Assembly: GCA_024673055.1 (NCBI GenBank)
Contig: GCA_024673055.1_4537.1
Strand: one strand, 5' to 3'
DNA length: 64,000 nt
From: a phage
In this document: positions 8,854-18,245 of the stretch, in pieces
Numbering within the stretch: the stretch's first letter is position 1
Layout: every line of letters starts with the position of its first letter
Notes under the pieces: generated by a model
Databases searched by the model: none
Told to the model about the DNA's origin: nothing
The model's input: the letters and a program-made list of their open reading frames with translations, nothing else
Made by a program: the position numbers and the translations under genes

Positions 8854-9809
8854 GCAGATTAACAGAAGAGCAGAAAGCAGATATCCTTAGTATGAGTGCA
8901 GAGGGTATGTCTTCTCGCAATATTGCAGCAATTGTTTTAGGTAGTCCAACAAGAAAAAGCACAGTAAATGATTTCCTTGCACGTTTCGGTGCAAGTAAAC
9001 AAGAGCCAGTTAAAAAGAAACAACCAGTTATTAAAATTATTGATGTTGAAACTGCACCAGAGATTGCATATACTTTCCGTCGATTCAAAGCCTTCATTTC
9101 TCCAGACCAGGTAATTCGTAGGGGTTATTTGTTATCTTACTCTTCTGCTGATTTGTATACAGGTGAAGTAGAAGGTAAGAACTTATCTTCTTATCCTCTT
9201 TTCGATATCGATCATACAGATGATTGGGAACTTTGCCAAGATCTTTGGAATCTTCTGAATGAAGCTGATGTTGTTGTGGCTCATAATGGATACAAGTTTG
9301 ACCGTGCATACATTAACCAACGCTTCGCATATCATGATATGGCTCCACCTTCTAACTATGTAGTTGTTGATACCTTGAAGGCAGCTAAGAAACAGTTTGC
9401 ACTTCCTTCCAATTCTCTTAAAGAAATGGGAGCGTATTTTGAAACAGAAAGTGAAAAACTGGATAACGAGGGGTTCCCTTTATGGAAAGCATGTTGTGAA
9501 GGTGATCGTGATGCTTTTGAACGTATGCAGATTTACAATGATGGTGATGTTGTTTCACTTCGTGATTTGTATATGAAAATCCTTCCGTGGATTCCACAGC
9601 ATCCTAACTTATCCGCTTATTACCCAGATGAGAAAGTCCGTTGTTCTCGTTGCGGCAGTGATCATGTTCACGTTGTTACTGGTAAGCAATACCACACTGC
9701 GGTAAGTTCTTTCGATATCATTCGTTGTGAATCTTGTGGAGGTTTGTCACGTAGTAGAGCAAACACCAGATCCAAAGATAAACGAGCAGCAACTATTATT
9801 GGAATCTAA
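8850..9809 (+). CDS. DnaQ/DEDD-family 3'-5' exonuclease with N-terminal HTH and C-terminal zinc ribbon
   Basis: Exo motifs IIDVETAP (DxE), VVVAHNGYKFDRAYIN, YNDGDVV; CSRCG...CESCGG Cys pairs. Confidence 0.6.
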   Translation: MSRLTEEQKADILSMSAEGMSSRNIAAIVLGSPTRKSTVNDFLARFGASKQEPVKKKQPVIKIIDVETAPEIAYTFRRFKAFISPDQVIRRGYLLSYSSADLYTGEVEGKNLSSYPLFDIDHTDDWELCQDLWNLLNEADVVVAHNGYKFDRAYINQRFAYHDMAPPSNYVVVDTLKAAKKQFALPSNSLKEMGAYFETESEKLDNEGFPLWKACCEGDRDAFERMQIYNDGDVVSLRDLYMKILPWIPQHPNLSAYYPDEKVRCSRCGSDHVHVVTGKQYHTAVSSFDIIRCESCGGLSRSRANTRSKDKRAATIIGI

Positions 9810-9815
9810 TAATCA

Positions 9816-9838
9816 GGGAGCTTATTGCTCCCTTTTTT
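9816..9838 (+). terminator. intrinsic terminator
   Basis: GGGAGC-TTAT-GCTCCC hairpin followed by TTTTTT. Confidence 0.6.
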
Positions 9839-9839
9839 A

Positions 9840-9868
9840 TTGACAAAAATTTGATATTAGTGTATACT
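9840..9868 (+). promoter_or_regulatory. sigma70-like promoter (TTGACA-17-TATACT)
   Basis: -35 TTGACA 9840-9845, spacer 17, -10 TATACT 9863-9868. Confidence 0.55.
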
Positions 9869-9895
9869 CTGCTAACCACAATAAAAGGAGGAAAT

Positions 9896-10123
9896 ATGAG
9901 CATTACATTAACAGGTAACGAAATTTTCGAACTGTTTGAAATGTTAGGTTTAAACTATACCATCGAGAAAGACCCAGATTTACTTGACGTTGAAATAACA
10001 ATTCAAGAAGATACAGCAATCTACAATGATGATGGTGATGTTATCTATCAAGGTAGGGTAGCTTATTATACAGATTACCCAGAAGAAGGCGCAGTAGGAA
10101 TTCAGGAGGAAAATTATGTCTAA
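9896..10123 (+). CDS. hypothetical protein
   Basis: ATG 9896 after AAGGAGGA; downstream of promoter. Confidence 0.5.
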   Translation: MSITLTGNEIFELFEMLGLNYTIEKDPDLLDVEITIQEDTAIYNDDGDVIYQGRVAYYTDYPEEGAVGIQEENYV

Positions 10124-10517
10124 TGCTTTTGATAATCAGGTTGACGGTGATCACTACACAAAAATGGCAATGCAACCTATTGAACTAGCTTATTTGGTTG
10201 GTGGCACACCTTGTTTTTGCAAATTGGCAAAATACGCAACACGTATTAAAGGTGAACGTCAGATTAACCTAGATAAAGCTATTCATTGTATTGAACTAGA
10301 AAGAACCCTTATGCAAAATAACACGTATATGGTTCGTGAAAATTATCCATCTATGACAAATGCAGCTAAACATGATCAAGCTATGCTTCTTATTGATTTC
10401 TTCACAAAAGATCCTTTAGTACGAGTAGCACTGAAACACATGTATAACTCTTCTTATGTAGATGCAGTTGAAGCTATTAAACAACTTAAGGAACGTATTA
10501 GTGGCGAGCAATACTAA
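10116..10517 (+). CDS. hypothetical protein
   Basis: 133-aa ORF, GGAGGA SD. Confidence 0.5.
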   Translation: MSNAFDNQVDGDHYTKMAMQPIELAYLVGGTPCFCKLAKYATRIKGERQINLDKAIHCIELERTLMQNNTYMVRENYPSMTNAAKHDQAMLLIDFFTKDPLVRVALKHMYNSSYVDAVEAIKQLKERISGEQY

Positions 10518-10605
10518 ACAATATGGAGCAGGAGAAGTTTATAAAATATTCAACCGAAAAGGTGATAAACTTTTACTAACTTTGACTATTCCAGAAACAA
10601 TGTGC

Positions 10606-10635
10606 AAGGCGGGGTTAGACCGCCTTTTGTTTTTT
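10606..10635 (+). terminator. intrinsic terminator
   Basis: AAGGCGG-GGTTAGA-CCGCCTT hairpin followed by TTTTGTTTTTT. Confidence 0.55.
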
Positions 10636-10705
10636 AAACACAATATCCCACCAGGGGAATATACAGCTAAAAAGGTGAGCAATATTGGCAGGTGAACCAA
10701 AAATA

Positions 10706-11260
10706 ATGTGGGGTGAAGGAACACCCTGGAAAACACAAGCTGAATTTTATACTTATCTTAGGGGATGTTTTAGAAAAGCATGGATGAGACACCCTAATAA
10801 AATTAAGGTTATCAATGCAAGGCGTTTTAAAGTTGATCGAGTAGATAAAGACGGCAATGTGATGATAGACAAGAAAACTGGAAAACCAAAACAAGTTTGG
10901 AATTGTGAGTGCGAAATATGTGGACATAGAGGAGGAATGAAAGACTTCCAAGTGGATCATATTCACGCAGCAAAACAACTTCAATGTTTTGATGATATTC
11001 CTCTTTTTGTTTTCCGTTTAATCTATGTGAAAGAAGAAGATTTGCGAATGGTTTGTAAATTGTGCAACTCTATTCTTGCTTATGCAGACAAGCAAGGCAT
11101 ATCTTTTGAAGAAGCAAAAGCTGAAAAAGAAGCGATAGCTTTGTGTAGAGCTAAGAAAGATAAAGCGTGGCTGAAGAAGCGTAAAATAGAACCTGAAAGC
11201 ACAGTAGCAAAACGCCGTAAACAAATAGTCAAAATCCTATTGCAGGAAATTGAAAGTTAG
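10706..11260 (+). CDS. HNH-family endonuclease
   Basis: CECEICGH...FQVDHIHAAKQ...CKLCNS His-Me finger/HNH-like Cys/His pattern. Confidence 0.5.
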   Translation: MWGEGTPWKTQAEFYTYLRGCFRKAWMRHPNKIKVINARRFKVDRVDKDGNVMIDKKTGKPKQVWNCECEICGHRGGMKDFQVDHIHAAKQLQCFDDIPLFVFRLIYVKEEDLRMVCKLCNSILAYADKQGISFEEAKAEKEAIALCRAKKDKAWLKKRKIEPESTVAKRRKQIVKILLQEIES

Positions 11261-11296
11261 TATAAGATAACTATACTGAAAGAGAGAGGAGGTTTT

Positions 11297-11905
11297 ATGC
11301 AGATAGTATGTGATTGGGATTTAGTTGTGGCTCCATTAGATGTTGCTTGGTTAGAATGGTTGAATAAGATTAGTGGACTTGGTGTTAAGATAGATACATT
11401 CACAAAAAATGCAGACTATGATCTTACCAACTACTTTCCTGGTTTCAGGGAGGAGTTCAATATAGATCCTTACGGATTTCTGGATAATCCTCATCTCTAT
11501 GATACAATGGGTTTTGTTTCAGGTATGCCAGATTTCTTAAAGTATGTTTCAAGGAAAGGTAGCAATCTTTTGATCGCAAGTGTGACAAAAGGTGGTCACT
11601 TAAGTTCTAAACATAAGCATGTTTTAAGAACGTTAGATACGATTGATTTTAGCAAAGGATCTGGTAACGGCTTTTTTGCTACGAAAGAAAAATACTTATT
11701 GCCTTGTGATATAGCAATAGATGACAGGGCTGATAACCTACTATATTTTCCAGATGAAGTGGTTAAAATATATTTTAATACGCCTTATAAAGATAACCAT
11801 CTAGAAGAACTAAAGAAAAAACCAAATGTTGTGATCACAGGTTTAGAAGATCAGTGGCTAACATGTTTGGATGTTTTTAACACTTTGAACAATTTTAAAA
11901 ACTAA
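11297..11905 (+). CDS. hypothetical protein (possible HAD-like nucleotidase)
   Basis: 202-aa ORF; N-terminal IVCDWDLV (DxD-like) and distal IDDRADN are weakly HAD-like. Confidence 0.4.
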   Translation: MQIVCDWDLVVAPLDVAWLEWLNKISGLGVKIDTFTKNADYDLTNYFPGFREEFNIDPYGFLDNPHLYDTMGFVSGMPDFLKYVSRKGSNLLIASVTKGGHLSSKHKHVLRTLDTIDFSKGSGNGFFATKEKYLLPCDIAIDDRADNLLYFPDEVVKIYFNTPYKDNHLEELKKKPNVVITGLEDQWLTCLDVFNTLNNFKN

Positions 11906-11914
11906 GGAGAAAAA

Positions 11915-12913
11915 ATGACAAAACAGATTTCGGCTAGTATTATTGCGCATTCCATCACTGAAGACGGAAAAGAGATTGTAACTTTTGAACTAGAATATCC
12001 ACGTATTATTCATTCAGAATTGATGACTCACCGCCTGTTCAGTCGTAATGCTGCTTCTAGCCGTGCTATACCTGTTAAAACACTGATTGAAATGGTGCGA
12101 AATCAACCTGCTCGTCCTTATCGTTTTGGGGCTAACCAACCTGGTATGCAGGATAAAGGTGTTGATCACGATGCTCTTATTGATGCAGGTTATACTGCTC
12201 AAGAGTGGTGGGATCTTGCCGCGCTTAGTGCAGCACGTTTTGCAGAAGAATTCTCTTTGGCAGGGTACCACAAACAAGTTGCAAACCGTCTTCTGGAACC
12301 TTTCCAACGAATTAAAACAGTTCTGACAGCAACAGAATATGAAAATTTCTGGTGGCTGCGTGATGACAAAGAAGCCGATCCTACTATCGAAGCTTTGGCT
12401 AAAGAGATGCACAAAGAGTATGAAGGATCTACACCAGAAGTGCTGAAACCAGGGCAATGGCACACACCTTATGTAGACCATTTCTATGATACTATTGGCA
12501 CAGAAGGTGACGATCATTTTGTTTTTGGTGGATACTACGTTCAAGATGAATCTGGAGAAGTTGTTGTGCTTACTTTGGAAGAAGCCAAAGCTATTTCAGC
12601 TTCGTGTTGTGCACAGGTTAGCTATCGTCGTTTGAATGCAACTAAAGATAAAGCTTTAGATATCTATGGTCGTTTGCTGACTGGGCGCAAGGTTCATGCT
12701 TCTCCGTTTGAACATCAAGCCACTCCAATGCAAGAAACATACGAACAATATGGAGAGAACTGTTTTGAAGATTTGTTTATCAATGCTCCTTGGGATTTTA
12801 ACTCTTGGGAGCCAGGCATTACCCATGTAGATCGTAATGGTAAGTTTTGGTCTGGCAATTTCAAAGGCTGGATTCAACATCGTCAACTTTTAACAAATCA
12901 TACTAAATGGTGA
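11915..12913 (+). CDS. thyX: ThyX-like flavin-dependent thymidylate synthase (divergent motif)
   Basis: THRLFSRNAASSR matches the ThyX RHRxxSxxxxSxR signature except R->T; occupies td position upstream of nrdA. Confidence 0.5.
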   Translation: MTKQISASIIAHSITEDGKEIVTFELEYPRIIHSELMTHRLFSRNAASSRAIPVKTLIEMVRNQPARPYRFGANQPGMQDKGVDHDALIDAGYTAQEWWDLAALSAARFAEEFSLAGYHKQVANRLLEPFQRIKTVLTATEYENFWWLRDDKEADPTIEALAKEMHKEYEGSTPEVLKPGQWHTPYVDHFYDTIGTEGDDHFVFGGYYVQDESGEVVVLTLEEAKAISASCCAQVSYRRLNATKDKALDIYGRLLTGRKVHASPFEHQATPMQETYEQYGENCFEDLFINAPWDFNSWEPGITHVDRNGKFWSGNFKGWIQHRQLLTNHTKW

Positions 12914-12929
12914 TCTGTTTAAATAGTTA

Positions 12930-12957
12930 TTGACTTTAGTATTAGTTTTAGTATAAT
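12930..12957 (+). promoter_or_regulatory. sigma70-like promoter (TTGACT-16-TATAAT)
   Basis: -35 TTGACT 12930-12935; -10 TATAAT 12952-12957. Confidence 0.55.
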
Positions 12958-12970
12958 ATAGCACAATACT

Positions 12971-12990
12971 GGGAGGAGGTGAGTCCTCCC
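12971..12990 (+). promoter_or_regulatory. leader stem-loop after promoter
   Basis: GGGAGGA-ggtgag-TCCTCCC perfect 7-bp stem immediately downstream of promoter. Confidence 0.45.
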
Positions 12991-13011
12991 ATTCAAAATG
13001 AAGGAGAAAAT

Positions 13012-13422
13012 ATGTCATTAGTAAATACTACAACTTGGGCTACCGTAAGCATGTCTACTGTAATGTCTACCCCTATCTGGAAACTAGAATCAAATAAACA
13101 CAATGGTAATATCCCACACGAGAAACAAAATGCTGTTATTAGAGCGTCGCTTGTAATGCTGGGTATGGCTGAAGATTCACACTATTCTGTTGAGCGTAAT
13201 GTGAATATCCGAAGCAATAACGATAAGCGAGTAGTGTTTGCAAATACAACGCTTTTCACTTTCCCTGTTTCACCTAATTGTGGTTTTAAACGAATCTACC
13301 AAGAAAATGATATTTTTCATTTTGGTGATGAAGAATTTACAGGTTGGGGTGCGTCACATATTAAGATGGATGATTTCGGTAACTCTTATGATCCTGCGAA
13401 AGCAGATGATACTAATCAATGA
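13012..13422 (+). CDS. hypothetical protein
   Basis: ATG 13012 after AAGGAG; track ORF 12979..13422 trimmed to SD-supported start. Confidence 0.5.
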   Translation: MSLVNTTTWATVSMSTVMSTPIWKLESNKHNGNIPHEKQNAVIRASLVMLGMAEDSHYSVERNVNIRSNNDKRVVFANTTLFTFPVSPNCGFKRIYQENDIFHFGDEEFTGWGASHIKMDDFGNSYDPAKADDTNQ

Positions 13423-13430
13423 GAGGGACA

Positions 13431-13673
13431 ATGACTGATAATAAATATGAAGGCTGTGAAATCGAAGTCTATTTTGATGAAACTGTTGGTTGTAATGTAA
13501 CTGTAATTCTAGACACTTCAAAACGTTTATCTCCTAAAAGACAAGAAGCAGACCGTCGAGCAAAAGCAAAAGGGTTTGATGACATAACTCATTTTGAAGG
13601 TTTTCTATATGCTAATGGACTTTTTAATGAAATGAAGTTCGGTTATGATGTAGATGTTTTGAATATGCATTAA
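13431..13673 (+). CDS. hypothetical protein
   Basis: ATG 13431 after GAGAGGGACA. Confidence 0.45.
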   Translation: MTDNKYEGCEIEVYFDETVGCNVTVILDTSKRLSPKRQEADRRAKAKGFDDITHFEGFLYANGLFNEMKFGYDVDVLNMH

Positions 13674-13689
13674 TAATAGGGAGGAGAAG

Positions 13690-15933
13690 TTGATTCGTTT
13701 TGTAACTAAATCTAACGGTAAGACAGAGGAGTTTAATCCAGAAAAACTTCGCAAGTGGTCTGAATTTGCAGCAGGTAAACTAAACTGGTCTGAAATTGAA
13801 TTAGAAGCTGTGAAGCGGTGTTATGACGGTGTGTCTACACGTGATCTGCATAAAGCAATGATTGCAGCGTGTATTGACAAGAAAACACAAGCTTACAGTG
13901 ATATGGCAGGAAGACTTCTTCTGGGTATGATTTACAAACAGGCTCATGGGGGATACCACAGTATCCCTTCACTGAATACCTTTTATCATGATATGGTAGA
14001 ACGTGGACATTGGGCTAAAATGGATTATACTGATGAAGAGATCAAAGAAATCGGTAAGATTGTAAAGCATAATAAAAATCTAACTTATGGTTATTCTGTT
14101 TTACGTCAGATGGTAGATAAATATCTTATTCGAGATGCAGTAAACGATGTTGTGCATGAGTCCCCACAGTTTCTTTTCATTGGTATCGCAATGAAGGTTA
14201 TGGAGATCCAACCAAAAGAACGCCGTATAGAAGATATTAAAAAACTTTATACTTATGTTAGCGATCTTAAGATTAATCTGCCATCGCCGTATCTGACAAC
14301 TCTACGAACTCCAATCAAAGGAAGTGCGTCTTGTTGTTTATTCCGTGCAGACGATACGGCAGAGTCTTTAGCCATTGCTAACTACTTAGCTCATGAGTAT
14401 ACGTTGAATAACGCAGGTATTGGTGTTAATCTTCAAACTCGTGCCACAGGTCAAGGTGTTAAGAATAATCGTATTATTCATGGTGGTCTTCTTCCGTATC
14501 TGAAATGGATGGAAGATAGTGTTGGAGCTTCGAAGCAAGCAAGCCGTGGAGGTAGTGCTACAGTTACCTTTACCATACTTGAACCAGATTTCGACGATCT
14601 GATTCGACTGAAGAATCCAACAACACCTATAGATAAACGAGTAGACAAACTGGATTATTCTATTGTTGTTAACCGTTCATTCTTGCGTCGAGCAGCAAAA
14701 AACGAAGATTGGATGTTAGTTAGTTGTGATGATGCTCCTGAACTTTATGAAGCTTTGTATAAAAGTGAAGAAGAGTTTGATGCAGTTTATGGCAAAGTAA
14801 GCCGTCGTCGCATTAAGAAAAAATTTGTTAAGGCTCGTGATCTTCTGACAGAGATTATTGTTCAACGTGCAGAAACAGGACGTATTTACATGTTCTTTGC
14901 TGACAACGTTAACAACCATACACCTTTCCTGGATACGGTGTATCAATCAAACCTGTGTCAAGAGATTTTCTTACCGACTAAAGCTTTCCACAATATGCCG
15001 GATCTCTTTACTGGTGAGAATACTGAAGATCAAGAATTGGCTTTATGTTTCTTATCTTCTATTGTTGCTGGTCGTGTATTACCTGAAGAATATGAAGATG
15101 TTGCATACTACACTGTATTGACAATTGACAACGTTATTGAAACAATGGATTATCCATTTAAACATAACGAAATAACTGCTAAAGCACGTAGATCTATTGG
15201 TGTAGGCATTACAAACTTAGCGCATTACTTGGCAAGTAATTTTGTAAATTATTCAGATGCTTATGCTAAAAAATTAATGCATGAACTTGCAGAACGTCAT
15301 TACTTTTGGTTGGCAAAAGCCTCTCTGCGTCTGGCTAAGGAAAAAGGTAATGCGGAGTGGATCGATAAGACCAAATGGCCTCAAGGTTGGCTACCAATTG
15401 ACACTTATGCTAAAACAGTAGATAGTATCGGTAATTTTGATCTTAAAATGGACTGGGAAGGCTTACGTGCTGAAATCATTGAACAAGGTGGTATCCGTAA
15501 CAGTGTCTTGGCTGCTATTGCACCCAATGAGTCCAGCAGTTTGGTAAGCAATACTACTAACTCTCTGTATCCTGTTCGTGATACCATTATGTATAAACAA
15601 AGTCAGAAAGGCAGTGTATTATTTATTGTTCCAGACTATGAAAAACTGAAAATGTTCTACCAATCTGCCTGGGATACTCCGGCTAAAGATCTTGCAGAAA
15701 TGTATGGTATCTTTACCAAGTTTACGGACCAAGGAATTTCTTGTGATTCTTGGTTAGATTATTCTAAATTGGTAGGGGGACGTTTATCAGTTAAAGAAGA
15801 GATGAAATTTATTTTGAACTTTGCTAGACTGGGTGGTAAGTCATTGTATTACCTTAATAGTAGAACAAAATCAGCAGACTCTTTAGCACAAGAAGATTCT
15901 GAAGACGAAGGATGTAGTGCCTGTAAAATGTAG
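13690..15933 (+). CDS. nrdA: ribonucleoside-diphosphate reductase large subunit (class Ia)
   Basis: 747 aa; N-terminal ATP-cone-like region; C-terminal CSAC tail; TTG start after GGGAGGAG. Confidence 0.9.
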   Translation: MIRFVTKSNGKTEEFNPEKLRKWSEFAAGKLNWSEIELEAVKRCYDGVSTRDLHKAMIAACIDKKTQAYSDMAGRLLLGMIYKQAHGGYHSIPSLNTFYHDMVERGHWAKMDYTDEEIKEIGKIVKHNKNLTYGYSVLRQMVDKYLIRDAVNDVVHESPQFLFIGIAMKVMEIQPKERRIEDIKKLYTYVSDLKINLPSPYLTTLRTPIKGSASCCLFRADDTAESLAIANYLAHEYTLNNAGIGVNLQTRATGQGVKNNRIIHGGLLPYLKWMEDSVGASKQASRGGSATVTFTILEPDFDDLIRLKNPTTPIDKRVDKLDYSIVVNRSFLRRAAKNEDWMLVSCDDAPELYEALYKSEEEFDAVYGKVSRRRIKKKFVKARDLLTEIIVQRAETGRIYMFFADNVNNHTPFLDTVYQSNLCQEIFLPTKAFHNMPDLFTGENTEDQELALCFLSSIVAGRVLPEEYEDVAYYTVLTIDNVIETMDYPFKHNEITAKARRSIGVGITNLAHYLASNFVNYSDAYAKKLMHELAERHYFWLAKASLRLAKEKGNAEWIDKTKWPQGWLPIDTYAKTVDSIGNFDLKMDWEGLRAEIIEQGGIRNSVLAAIAPNESSSLVSNTTNSLYPVRDTIMYKQSQKGSVLFIVPDYEKLKMFYQSAWDTPAKDLAEMYGIFTKFTDQGISCDSWLDYSKLVGGRLSVKEEMKFILNFARLGGKSLYYLNSRTKSADSLAQEDSEDEGCSACKM

Positions 15934-15944
15934 TAGGAGAACAG

Positions 15945-16601
15945 ATGAAGAAGGGTAAACGTAAAGTTACCGTTCTCACAGAGAGGGGAGAAATCCCCTT
16001 GATTGTGGATGTTGAACGTAGATTGTGGGAAGGTGGTGTTATCAATGGGAAAAGGGTTAATACATTCATAGACCCTTCCTATGCAGCTTGGAAAGGCATG
16101 TTTAATCGTGCATATCGTATGGAAAACATTAGACCAGGTTATAAAGATGTTACTGTGTGTGATGCTTGGTTCACCTTTTCAAACTTTGATAACTGGTATC
16201 AAGAACACAATGTGGAAGGCTTTGTTTTAGATAAAGATCTTGTTCTTGAAGGAAATACTGTTTATTGTCCTGAATATTGTAGGTTTGTTCCTCCTTATAT
16301 AAATACACTCTTAAATTATGCTAAGAGGTATGAAAGAAAATACTTACTAGGAGCACATGTTAGGAAAGATGGTAAGATTTATGCCAAAGCTTCTGGGAGT
16401 AAAGGAAAGCATTTAGGCTACTTCGCTACAGAGGAAGAGGCACACTTCGCTTGGCTAAAAGATAAAGCTAAGTCAATCAGGGAAACAGCGGATCGTTACA
16501 AAGAGGAAGAACATTTTTATCCAGAGGTGTACAACACTCTTGTAAACAAGGCGGATTTCTATTGGCACCTGGCGGAAACAAAAACAGTATTTCGAGGCTA
16601 A
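15945..16601 (+). CDS. HNH/AP2-type homing endonuclease inserted between nrdA and nrdB
   Basis: Position identical to T4 mobE; AP2-like GYFATEEEAHFAW segment; LDKDL...GN...PEYCRFV HNH-like core. Confidence 0.5.
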   Translation: MKKGKRKVTVLTERGEIPLIVDVERRLWEGGVINGKRVNTFIDPSYAAWKGMFNRAYRMENIRPGYKDVTVCDAWFTFSNFDNWYQEHNVEGFVLDKDLVLEGNTVYCPEYCRFVPPYINTLLNYAKRYERKYLLGAHVRKDGKIYAKASGSKGKHLGYFATEEEAHFAWLKDKAKSIRETADRYKEEEHFYPEVYNTLVNKADFYWHLAETKTVFRG

Positions 16602-16605
16602 ATAT

Positions 16606-16629
16606 AAAGGGGCTTCGGCCCCCTTTTAT
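16606..16629 (+). terminator. intrinsic terminator (UUCG tetraloop)
   Basis: GGGGC-TTCG-GCCCC followed by TTTTATT. Confidence 0.65.
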
Positions 16630-16644
16630 TGAGGAGAATTTTAA

Positions 16645-17730
16645 ATGGCAGCAATTAATTTACACAATGAAGTTTACAAAACAGGAAAATATCCAGTATT
16701 TTTGGGGGAGCAATTAGGGATCTTTGATTCTGTTAACGTAACTTATCCAGAAATGCACAAACTCTACAAACTTCAAAAAGCACAAGATTGGGATGAAAAC
16801 GAAGTTAATCTGGATCAGACACGTAAAGATTTCGTAGCTTGTTCTAAAAACAACTATGATGTTATGATTAAAAACTTATCGTTCCAATGGGAAAATGATT
16901 CTCTTGCAAAATCAATCATCACTTTGTTCTCTCCATTCTTGAGTAACAATGAAGCCTGTGCTATGATGATGAAGCAGAGTGAAATGGAAGTTCTCCATGC
17001 GTTAACGTATTCTGAAATAATCCGTCAATGTACTCCAGATCCAATTGAAGTCATCAATCAGATTATGATTAATGATAAAATTTTCAATCGTATGGGTATC
17101 ATTGCTGATATCATGGGTCAGTTGGAAGAAGCTGGTCATAAGTATGCTCTAGGATTGATTGAAGCTAACGATGAACTTCGATTACTGATTCTTAAAGGGA
17201 TGGTAGCCCTGATTGGATTAGAAGGTATTCAGTTTATATCTTCCTTCTCTGCTACTTTTGCTATGGCAGAACAACAACTGTTTGTTGGGGCTTGTAAACT
17301 GATCCAGAAAATTATGCTAGATGAAATCTTGCATGTTAAGATGGATTATGCTGTAATTGATGCATTGATGCATGACCCAATTTGGCGTAAAATTTACGAA
17401 GATAATATTGAAGAGTTGACTTTGATCCTCGACACTGTTGTTGAACAAGAGGAACAGTGGTGTGACTACCTGTTTAGTGAAGGTCGTTTTATTGTAGGTC
17501 TTAACGCCGAATTGTCTAAACAGTGGGTTTATTTCAATGCTGCTCCTATTTATCGTCGATTGAAAATGAAAGCCAAGTTTAAAGCACCTAAACATAGTCC
17601 TTTAGCTTGGATGGAAAAATGGTTGAATCCTGATTTGATTCAGTCAGCAGCCCAAGAGATTCAGTTAACTAATTACAAATTGAATTCAGCTAACAAAGAT
17701 CTCTCTGATGATGAGGAGCTTGACTTCTAA
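16645..17730 (+). CDS. nrdB: ribonucleoside-diphosphate reductase small subunit
   Basis: 361 aa; acidic C-terminal tail (LSDDEELDF); immediately downstream of nrdA/homing endonuclease. Confidence 0.85.
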   Translation: MAAINLHNEVYKTGKYPVFLGEQLGIFDSVNVTYPEMHKLYKLQKAQDWDENEVNLDQTRKDFVACSKNNYDVMIKNLSFQWENDSLAKSIITLFSPFLSNNEACAMMMKQSEMEVLHALTYSEIIRQCTPDPIEVINQIMINDKIFNRMGIIADIMGQLEEAGHKYALGLIEANDELRLLILKGMVALIGLEGIQFISSFSATFAMAEQQLFVGACKLIQKIMLDEILHVKMDYAVIDALMHDPIWRKIYEDNIEELTLILDTVVEQEEQWCDYLFSEGRFIVGLNAELSKQWVYFNAAPIYRRLKMKAKFKAPKHSPLAWMEKWLNPDLIQSAAQEIQLTNYKLNSANKDLSDDEELDF

Positions 17731-17939
17731 TGATTTTGAGATGTGTTGGTATAATCGACACATTCAAAGACGTTTTTGACAAAGAGGCTTCTTATGAAGC
17801 CTCCGAAATGAAGAATGGTTTTTGTGATGTATTCGGTAAACGCCTGAAGAAAAACGGCGATCCTTGGCTAGGAGTTATGTCTTGTGGTCATATTATTGTA
17901 AATGGTGTTGCCAAGTTTGAAATAATTAAGGAGGAATAA
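17730..17939 (+). CDS. hypothetical protein
   Basis: 69-aa ORF coupled to nrdB stop. Confidence 0.4.
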   Translation: MILRCVGIIDTFKDVFDKEASYEASEMKNGFCDVFGKRLKKNGDPWLGVMSCGHIIVNGVAKFEIIKEE

Positions 17940-18091
17940 TGGCTGAAAAACTTATTTTTTGTCCTGTGTGTGGTGGGACTGGACAGATGGAAGTGGAAAT
18001 TATGGTAACATTTCCTTGCCTGAATTGTCATGGTGAAGGACGAGTAGTAGTCTTTGAAAAAGAAGGGTTGGAGGTAGAAGATGGAGAGTGA
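17939..18091 (+). CDS. small zinc-ribbon protein (50 aa)
   Basis: AAGGAGGA SD; CPVCGG...CLNCHG; below track cutoff. Confidence 0.35.
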   Translation: MAEKLIFCPVCGGTGQMEVEIMVTFPCLNCHGEGRVVVFEKEGLEVEDGE

Positions 18092-18245
18092 AAAAGAGTA
18101 TGTCCGAATTCCACGAGAATTAACAGATCACATTGCAGAAGCAATAGCTTTCGAAGCTAGATGTTGTGGAGGCATTGCTTACGATATTTATGAAGCAATT
18201 ATTAAAGCTGCTCAAGAAGAGGAGGAGATGAAAAATGGGTATTGA
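18081..18245 (+). CDS. small hypothetical protein (54 aa)
   Basis: GGAGG SD then ATG 18081; fills otherwise empty coding gap. Confidence 0.3.
   Translation: MESEKEYVRIPRELTDHIAEAIAFEARCCGGIAYDIYEAIIKAAQEEEEMKNGY

Noticed and set aside
10462-10695. Plus-strand ORF of 77 aa
   Set aside because: Starts inside the preceding gene and spans a strong intrinsic terminator (10606-10635); more likely intergenic
12014-12544. Minus-strand ORF of 176 aa
   Set aside because: Antisense to the ThyX-like gene, which has a recognisable motif and SD-supported start; Cys/Phe-rich low-complexity product
14716-15587. ORFs inside nrdA (14716..14946 -, 14858..15121 +, 15405..15587 -)
   Set aside because: Embedded within the well-supported 747-aa nrdA reading frame
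13690-17730. Group I intron or intein in nrdA/nrdB, as in T4 nrdB and nrdD
   Set aside because: Both reading frames are continuous and of normal length; the inserted homing-endonuclease ORF is free-standing between the genes
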